From positions 187,723-251,722 of the forward strand of contig CAVTZP010000007.1 in assembly GCA_963739245.1 (NCBI GenBank): DNA of 64,000 nucleotides, given 5' to 3'. The stretch is from an uncultured delta proteobacterium (GTDB lineage: Bacteria > Chloroflexota > Dehalococcoidia > Dehalococcoidales > BS750m-G39). The translations under genes and the position numbers were made by a program. The notes under the pieces are model-generated. The model made no database searches and had not been told where the DNA came from. It was given only the letters and a program-made list of their open reading frames with translations. Positions 59,101-64,000 of this stretch are shown one piece after another; the stretch's first letter is position 1, and the number at the start of each line of letters is the position of its first letter.

Positions 59101-59405
59101 TGGACAAGATAGAGCAGGTAGAAGAAATGGCTAAGGAATTCAGCGACCGCTTTGGCTCTCTGCCCATAGAGGTAAAAAACCTGCTCTACGCGGTCAGGGT
59201 CAAGATTCTGGCGGCAAAGGCCGGCATTGAATCCATCTCCACTGAAGACGGTCAAATAATACTTCGGCTATTTGAGGGTGTGAAATTCACCCCGGAGCAA
59301 CGGGCGCTCAGCTTCCCCGATGGCGTTAGAATGGGCACAAGCCAGATAGGGCTAAACCTGAAACGGCTGGGGAAGGAGTGGCAGAGGGTATGGAGGGGGT
59401 GTTAA
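56118..59405 (+). CDS. mfd: transcription-repair coupling factor
   Basis: About 1095 aa. Has a UvrB-homology N-terminus, an RNAP-interaction domain (GDYVVHVEHGIGRF), and an SF2 helicase core (CGDVGYGKTEVALRAAF, DEEQRFGV, QLRGRVGRG). ATG 56118 is preferred over the track's TTG at 56106. Confidence 0.95.
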   Translation: MDLTKLLNLIAEMPAYHQLLDELRRNASTEVSVLEAAKPYLIAALFQSVRLPMVVVTAQPEKSRRLYEQLLAWSNSSQLKLLPEPDALPYERIASDASTEQERVQVLSALANISGETNAPLIVASAPAVMQKTTPYSDFISAGHILKPGMDIEPFELLGKWQAMGYRMENIVEMPGTMSHRGGIIDVYPPTSDLPARLEFFGNTIESIRTFDPASQRSLTPVSSMAIGPATERLTPLKDSILNYLPPACLLVLDEPQNIKQAVDELDAQASELRAEKLERGELPANFPRPYLNWKELEPEIREKPCLMLTAWAVGEEDSSHRLNFTVAPSYAGQLPAFVNKVKQLLKQKQRLIIVSHQASRLSELLGQEDIIASPVTELEQIPPPGSLTLVQGLLAEGWVMDNHTTLFTDAEVFGFIKQRRLIKRRAVPHHRFVIEFAPGDYVVHVEHGIGRFAGVTRMSTEDSEKEYLVLGYGAGDKLYVPTDQIDRVNRYIGASDHPPVLNRLGTQEWTRTKQRAKEAAEDVAQELLALYATREVVPGFAFSGDSVWQQELEASFPYVETPDQIKVQGEVKGDMEKAKPMDRLVCGDVGYGKTEVALRAAFKAVMDGKQVAVLVPTTVLAQQHFATFSQRLDAFPVRIEVLSRFKTPKEQQAILKGLSDGSVDICIGTHRLLQKDVVFKNMGLLIIDEEQRFGVAHKEHLKKLRQEVDALTLSATPIPRTLHMSLVGVRDMSTMETPPEQRLPIKTYVAEYNERLIREAILREMERNGQVFFVHNRVQGIAFITGKLRELVPEAKIAIAHGQMPEAELEKVMADFARGKSDVLVCTTIIESGLDMPNVNTLIINRADKFGLTQLYQLRGRVGRGANLAYAYFLYDHGKRLTPNAEKRLKTIFEATELGAGFGIAMKDLEIRGAGTLLGPRQSGHITAVGFNLYTRLLAEAVEELKAKQAGIAVTKPSHLPPPTLDLPLRAYIPEEYVADIDTRLSLYQSLVKLDKIEQVEEMAKEFSDRFGSLPIEVKNLLYAVRVKILAAKAGIESISTEDGQIILRLFEGVKFTPEQRALSFPDGVRMGTSQIGLNLKRLGKEWQRVWRGC

Positions 59406-59416
59406 AGGGGGTGGGG

Positions 59417-60052
59417 CAAAATATAGCATTGATATAATAATTTAAATGGTGTTAGAATAGCAAGAATTAATGTTTCCGGAGCTATTTTAGAATGACTGTA
59501 GACACGAAAGCAGTTGTTAGGTATTGCCTAGCACAGCTCTAAATGAACTTGGAATTTTCAGTTATACGGTTTATACTTAACCTATCAGCAGCCAAGATAG
59601 GAAAGGAGTGAGAGTGCATTTCATCTGTACACTCCCAGTGGAAGCTAGGGGATTAAAATAGTGGTCTGTCTTTTCTGTTGATGAGCAAAACTGTAGTGCC
59701 ATAACCTTTTCGGCGACTTGAAGGGTTATAGAAGATCTAACAATGGGTGATTCGGACGTCATTTGAAAGTGCGTTGGCTGGGATGCCAGTCTTACCACCT
59801 AAAGACTACAATCGCTTTTATATACAGGGACTCTTTAGCGATTGTGTCTGGACTTTTGGCATAGAAACTCCTATCTCGTTTGAGCAGATTCTATCAGAAA
59901 AACAAAGAATGCCCTAGCCACGATGCAAGAGCTAATCTTAGAGATAGATAGTTATCGCAATTACACTGCCTCAACAAAAGACTAGATAAGTGAGATAGCA
60001 AGTATTTAACTCTAAGGTTTTTCCTAGTTCTCAAAGTCAAACAAGTAATCAA
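59417..60052. other. AT-rich non-coding stretch of about 640 bp between convergent genes
   Basis: Stops are frequent in all six frames; the only listed ORF is a 73-codon one that looks spurious. The stretch is visibly AT-richer than its flanks. Local hairpins include CAATCGCT/AGCGATTG (59809-59844) and GGAGTG/CACTCC (59604-59634). Confidence 0.5.
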
Positions 60053-60130
60053 GCAGTCTAAGAGGGGCGAAAGCCCCTCTTCTCAAAATTCTTCCCCTTC
60101 CCAAGGGGAAGGGGATACAGGGGATGGGGT
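60053..60130 (-). repeat. bipartite palindromic repeat, copy R11 (B'-A' orientation)
   Basis: GCAGTCTAAGAGGGGCGAAAGCCCCTCTTCTCAAAATTCTTCCCCTTCCCAAGGGGAAGGGGATACAGGGGATGGGGT. Ends 11 nt from the corrected acpP stop. Confidence 0.9.
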
Positions 60131-60141
60131 TACCCTAACTA

Positions 60142-60400
60142 CTAATCCTTAATGCCATGGTCTCTAAGATAATCAATGGCATCCTGAACGGTCTGCTATC
60201 TTCTCCGCGTCCTCGTCCGGTATCTCAACCTTGTGGTCTGGTGTGCTAAACTCCTCCTCCAGCGCCATTATCAATTCAACCAAATCCAGAGAGTCAGCGC
60301 CTAAATCGTCAACAAAGCTAGCTGACGGCACCACCTCGGCTTCTTCCACGCCGAGCTGGTCAGTAACTATCTTCTTTATCCTCTCAAAAACCTTGGGCAT
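60142..60400 (-). CDS. acpP: acyl carrier protein (apparent 1-nt insertion near the 3' end)
   Basis: [19 protein letters not shown] with the phosphopantetheine Ser. The track ORF ends ..[10 protein letters not shown]. Removing the base near 60196 gives ..[20 protein letters not shown] (stop 60142-60144), the canonical ACP C-terminus. Confidence 0.9.
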
Positions 60401-60426
60401 TATTTACCTCCCTCACTTAAAGCTTT

Positions 60427-60834
60427 CTACCTGCTAGCCAGTGCACTAACTGAACCAAGGACTCCGTTAACGAACCTTGATGAGCTATCACTGCCAAACG
60501 CCTTGGCTAATTCGACCGCTTCGTTTATCGCGACCTTAACTGGGACACTATTATCCAGTAAAATCTCAAATATTGCAAGCCTCAGGATATTCCTGTCCAC
60601 GACGGGTATCTGCTCCACCGGCCAAAGCGGGGCAAAGTTCTTAATATGCTGGTCAATCTTCTTCTTATTCTGAAGGACACCACCAACCAGCCCCCGGGCA
60701 AAGGCGGCATTCTCCCCGGACAGCCCGCTCTCCTCCAGAAGATGGGGTAAAACCTTCTCCACATCATGCCCGACCGAGTTGACCTCATATAATGCCTGAA
60801 GGGCTATCGCCCTCGCTTTATGCCGTACTCCCAT
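60427..60834 (-). CDS. nusB: transcription antitermination factor NusB
   Basis: 135 aa. RHKARAIALQALYE, DRNILRLAIFEIL, and INEAVELAKAFG..SSRFVNGVL. Confidence 0.9.
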   Translation of the reverse strand: MGVRHKARAIALQALYEVNSVGHDVEKVLPHLLEESGLSGENAAFARGLVGGVLQNKKKIDQHIKNFAPLWPVEQIPVVDRNILRLAIFEILLDNSVPVKVAINEAVELAKAFGSDSSSRFVNGVLGSVSALASR

Positions 60835-60876
60835 AGAACATCACCCAACCTGAGCTAACATTATAGCATTTTAGCT

Positions 60877-61630
60877 TCACAGCCCGGATATTGCCATACC
60901 CCCGTCCACACCTAAAACCTGCCCGGTGATGTACCCTGCCTCTTCACCAGCCAGAAAAGCCACCGCCTCAGCCACATCGCGGGGAGAGCCAAGGCGACCA
61001 AGGGGAATCCGCTTTTTGAGCTCCTCTTTCCATTCCTCCTTCAATCGCTGCGTCATCTCGGTATCAATAAAGCCGGGGGCAATAGCATTAACCGTTATAC
61101 CGCGGGAGGCTACCTCCTTGGCAACAGTCCGGGTAAAGCCAATAATGCCGGCTTTGGCTGCGGCATAGTTAGCCTGCCCCGGGTTACCCACGATACCAAC
61201 AATACTGGCAATGCTGATAATCCGGCCCCAGCGCTGTTTAACCATATACTTTAGCACAGCTCTGGTACAGAGGAAAACGCTTTTCAGGTCAACCGTCAAT
61301 ACCCGGTCCCACTCCTCCTCCGTCATCCGCAGCAGAAGCTGGTCTCGGGCAATCCCGGCGTTATTCACCAGGATATCAATCCGGCCATAGGCGGCAATAG
61401 CCGCCTCAACCAGCTTATCAACATCTGATGCCGAGCTGACATCGGCTAGAACCGGCAAAGCCTGCCTGCCCATAGCCTTAATCTCCCTGACTACGGCTTC
61501 AACCGGCTCAGCATCGCCAATGTCATTGACGACAACATTGGCACCGGCCTCAGCCAGCCTCAGGGCGATGGCTCGCCCTATCCCCCGACCACCGCCGGTA
61601 ACTATAGCTACTCTATTAGAAAGAGCTCAT
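60877..61630 (-). CDS. fabG: 3-oxoacyl-ACP reductase (apparent 1-nt insertion right after the start)
   Basis: SDR motifs TGGGRGIG, NNAG and YAAAKAG. The ATG at 61630 follows GAGGTGA, but the frame is lost in the A3 run at 61620-61622. Deleting one base gives MSSSNRVAIVTGGGRGIG... The track lists only the distal 198 aa. Confidence 0.9.
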
Positions 61631-61637
61631 TTTCACC

Positions 61638-62563
61638 TCACCCCCTCATATTCTTAACCGCTTCGGCGTCGCCGATATTAACAATATTAACATTCCTGTC
61701 TATTCGCTTAATCAGACCCGCCAGCACCCTCCCCGGCCCTATCTCAATAAAGGTGGATACCCCATCACCTACCATATATTCAACAGAACGCTGCCACTGC
61801 ACACAATTACACAGTTGCCTAAGAAGCTCTTCCTTGACTAGCTCAGCGGTGGTCAATGGCTGAGCCGTGGTATTACCTATATGGGGATGACTGGTTGGTT
61901 AAAGGAAAGGGTAGCTATAATCTCAGCCATACCGTCAACCGCCGGCTGCATCAGCGGGGTATGAAAGGCGCCGCTCACCGGCAACCGAATGACGCGATGC
62001 GCCCCCTTGGCTTTAGCCAAGTCCATAGCTTGAGTCAGGTTGTCCTCCGCCCCGCTAATCACTATCTGACCGGGGCAGTTAATATTGGCAATGCGGGTAC
62101 CGCTCTCGGCACACACCCCATTCAGCAACGATTCATCAAGCCCAATTATTGCCGCCATGCCTCCGGGTGTTATCTGCCCGGCCTCATGCATCAGCCTTCC
62201 CCTCTCCCGAGCCAGATAAACAGTGGTGGCAAAATCAAGCACTCCAGCCGCGGCCAGCGCCGTATACTCACCCAGGCTGTGACCGGCAACAAAGACGGGC
62301 GACGCTAGCTCACCCCCATTCCGCATCGCCTCCAGGCAGGCAAAGCTGACCGTCACTATCGCTGGCTGGGCATTTATCGTCTGGAGAAGCTCATCCTCCG
62401 GGCCGTCAAAGCACAGCTTGGACAGGGAGAAACCCAACGCCTCATCAGCCTGCTCAAAGACCACTTTAGCCGAATCAAAACTTTGATACAGGTCACGCCC
62501 CATCCCCACCCACTGAGAGCCCTGCCCGGGAAAGACATGGGCTACCTTCATCGGCTCAGACAT
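61638..62563 (-). pseudogene. fabD: malonyl CoA-ACP transacylase split by an apparent 1-nt deletion
   Basis: FPGQGSQ and GHSLGEY in ORF 61877-62608. The C-terminal part, NTTAQPLTTAE...VQWQRSVEYM...IEIGPGRVL, is in ORF 61638-61856. The frames meet near 61877-61880 (..PVIPI-x-GNTTAQP..). I place the start at ATG 62563 (MSEPMKVAHVFPGQGSQ) after AAGGGGGTGA. Confidence 0.9.
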
Positions 62564-62636
62564 ATCACCCCCTTTGAAAGATGAGATGCTCAATGCGGAA
62601 AAGGTCACAGACAGCCCTGTTGCCAGTCATCGGTAA

Positions 62637-62837
62637 TCACTCAGCCTTCTTTTTCGGGCTTTTGACCTCGATGACCTCCCTACCGGCATAGCTCCCACAG
62701 ACAGGACAAACATGGTGAGGCAGCTTAGGACTATGGCACTGAGGGCAATCCTCTAAAGAGGGTGCCACTAGACCAAGATGACCGCGCCTCTTACCCTGGC
62801 GCGCCTTGGCATATTTTCGCTTAGGTAAAGGTGGCAT
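62637..62837 (-). CDS. rpmF: 50S ribosomal protein L32
   Basis: MPPLPKRKYAKARQGKRRGH...CPQC...CPVCG. I place the start at ATG 62837. The track's 19 extra N-terminal codons are unlikely. Confidence 0.9.
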   Translation of the reverse strand: MPPLPKRKYAKARQGKRRGHLGLVAPSLEDCPQCHSPKLPHHVCPVCGSYAGREVIEVKSPKKKAE

Positions 62838-62875
62838 AACTATTTTCCTTTCTTCTTTAATCAGGCCAGCAGGGT

Positions 62876-63349
62876 CTACCCCTGAGGCGGACAACTACAT
62901 GGTCCCTGGTTAAGATTGTGGCCACAATTAGGACATAACCCGGCACAATTCTCACGACAAAGCGGTTTCATTGGAATAGCTATTAAAGCGCACTGGCGCA
63001 GCCCCTCGGTCAAGTCTAAAACATGTCGCTCATCAATAGCGAAACGGTCAGGGTCGTCAGGCGGGGGTAGAGAGGCACCACTATTTACATCTGTGGTCGG
63101 GAAATACTCCTCCTCAATACTTATGGTTAGCGGGCAATGAAATAAGCTCAGGCAGCGGCTACAGGTAAGTTCAACCTCAGTATCTAGTACCCCCTTAACC
63201 AGAATGCCGCGGTCGGTGCGGGTCAAAACGACATTGCCCCGAACGGGGATGGCGTTGCCATCACCGCTAACATCAATAATCCCGCTCACCTCATAATCCC
63301 GCGTCGAGCCTATAGCCGACTTAAGCTGCTGAGCAACATTTATCTGCAT
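62876..63349 (-). CDS. yceD: DUF177 (YceD) family protein
   Basis: Has the C-terminal CxxxC..CxxC cluster (CRENCAGLCPNCGHNL) and the conserved position upstream of rpmF. I place the start at ATG 63349 after GGAGGTTGAAGG. Confidence 0.8.
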   Translation of the reverse strand: MQINVAQQLKSAIGSTRDYEVSGIIDVSGDGNAIPVRGNVVLTRTDRGILVKGVLDTEVELTCSRCLSLFHCPLTISIEEEYFPTTDVNSGASLPPPDDPDRFAIDERHVLDLTEGLRQCALIAIPMKPLCRENCAGLCPNCGHNLNQGPCSCPPQG

Positions 63350-63434
63350 TACCTTCAACCTCCACGCCAAAGGTAAGTCTCTTATTATAAGATAAGCCTC
63401 ATCATCACTGTCAAGCTCAAGCAACCCCACGTAT

Positions 63435-64000
63435 CTATTCACTCATCCCCTTTTTCTTCCTCAGTTCAAAGGCAATAGCGTTTCTCAGCACCTGATTGGC
63501 GCCTTCATATATCTGGGTGATTTTGGCGTCTCGGAACATCTTCTCAATGGGATAATCACGCATGTAACCAACACCACCAAAAATCTGCATGGCATCGGTG
63601 GTAACCCTCATCGCCGTGTCTGAGGCGAAGACCTTAGCCATCGCCGACTCCTGGGTAAAGCTCTTGGCCCCGCTATCTATTGTCCTGGCGGTGGCATAAA
63701 CCAGTGCCCGGGCCGCCTCCACCTGAATCGCCATATCCGCCAGCATGTGCTGGACAGCCTGCTGGGCAATAATCGGGTGCCCAAATTGAATACGCTTGCC
63801 GGCATAGTCCACCGCCGCCTCCAGAGCCCCCTGAGCCAGCCCCATCGCCTGGGCACCCAGGCCGGGACGGGAGCAGTCAAGTAGCTTCATGGTCATAATA
63901 AAACCCATTCCCTCCCGACCAAGCAAATTTTTCTCGGGGACCAGGCAATCTTCAAAAACCAGCTCCCTGGTCGCCGAAGCGCGGATGCCCAGCTTCTTCT
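63435..64000 (-). CDS. acyl-CoA dehydrogenase, C-terminal part (5' end beyond the right edge)
   Basis: ..GMGFIMTMKLLDCSRPGLGAQAMGLAQGALE...RIQFG.PI...QAVQHMLADMA...IFGGVGYMRDYPIEKMFRDAKITQIYEGANQV is the typical ACAD C-terminal helical domain. The reading frame stays open to position 64000. Confidence 0.85.
   Translation of the reverse strand, partial: KKLGIRASATRELVFEDCLVPEKNLLGREGMGFIMTMKLLDCSRPGLGAQAMGLAQGALEAAVDYAGKRIQFGHPIIAQQAVQHMLADMAIQVEAARALVYATARTIDSGAKSFTQESAMAKVFASDTAMRVTTDAMQIFGGVGYMRDYPIEKMFRDAKITQIYEGANQVLRNAIAFELRKKKGMSE

Noticed and set aside
59380-59430. Possible frameshift at the extreme 3' end of mfd (alternative frame reads ..AEGMEGVLKGVGQNIALI*)
   Set aside because: Mfd C-termini are poorly conserved, and this region resembles a repeat fragment. 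I cannot decide which frame is real, so the track ORF end (59405) is kept.
59670-59695. Hammerhead-ribozyme-like core (TTGATGAG)
   Set aside because: The conserved CUGAUGA box is not matched (U instead of C at the first position). I could not find the required GAAA box and flanking stems.
59577-59798. 73-aa minus-strand ORF in the long non-coding stretch
   Set aside because: It has no Shine-Dalgarno sequence and an unremarkable composition. It is surrounded by dense stops in all frames, and nothing in it looks protein-like. It was left as part of the non-coding region.
6569-60130. Could the recurring hairpin repeats be a CRISPR array or integron attC sites?
   Set aside because: The copies are kilobases apart with ordinary genes between them. 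They occur in both orientations and have no regular repeat-spacer periodicity. No cas genes or intI integrase are present in the window. The attC analogy is kept only as a loose comparison in the findings.
6021-61880. Programmed ribosomal frameshifting as the explanation for the split genes
   Set aside because: No slippery heptamers or stimulatory structures are evident. The shifts go in both directions, many sit in simple homopolymers, and they affect unrelated genes. Sequencing or assembly indels are far more likely.
1-64000. tRNA, rRNA, tmRNA, RNase P or SRP RNA genes; transposases, integrases or prophage genes
   Set aside because: I scanned the intergenic regions by eye and saw no cloverleaf-compatible sequence or recognisable conserved RNA core. 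No ORF has transposase or integrase motifs. Absence is by inspection only and should be confirmed with tRNAscan-SE and Infernal.

Overview
This 64-kb window is a moderately GC-rich bacterial chromosome segment. Gene content and synteny look Chloroflexota- or Firmicutes-like, but the taxon cannot be fixed from sequence alone. Most of it is housekeeping. Genes recognised: purF (partial), tlyA, gatC-gatA, Lrp plus an aminotransferase, argS-trpS, a CoA-disulfide-reductase/rhodanese fusion, recG, rpmB, rpe, mutS, an nfnAB-type oxidoreductase, remA-gmk, DUF47 plus a PiT phosphate transporter, an APC permease, usp, two trkA genes, comEA-comEC, rph, proB-proA and mfd. Larger loci are a fatty-acid-kinase locus (fakA/yloV plus three tandem degV/fakB paralogs), the arginine operon argJ-argB-argD-argG-argH, an MBL/radical-SAM/cinA operon, and a reduced FAS cluster (yceD-rpmF-fabD-fabG-nusB-acpP). 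I found no rRNA, tRNA, CRISPR array, transposase or integrase. Five things stand out. (1) A bipartite palindromic repeat of about 80 bp occurs at 11 intergenic loci. Both stems show compensatory changes. The copies almost always lie just 3' of a stop codon and often border small AT-rich orphan genes. (2) At least ten single-nucleotide frameshifts split otherwise intact conserved genes, several of them essential. This points to indel errors in the assembly rather than gene decay. (3) There are several orphan accessory genes: a proteasome-beta/HslV-like Thr1 hydrolase candidate, a PD-(D/E)XK nuclease-like protein, a YiiX-like papain-fold protein, and a pair of small genes with a shared C-terminal tail. 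(4) A promoter, short leader and intrinsic terminator lie upstream of nfnAB. (5) A stretch of about 640 bp of AT-rich non-coding DNA lies between the convergent mfd and acpP genes. All functional calls come from reading motifs by eye. None was confirmed by a database search.
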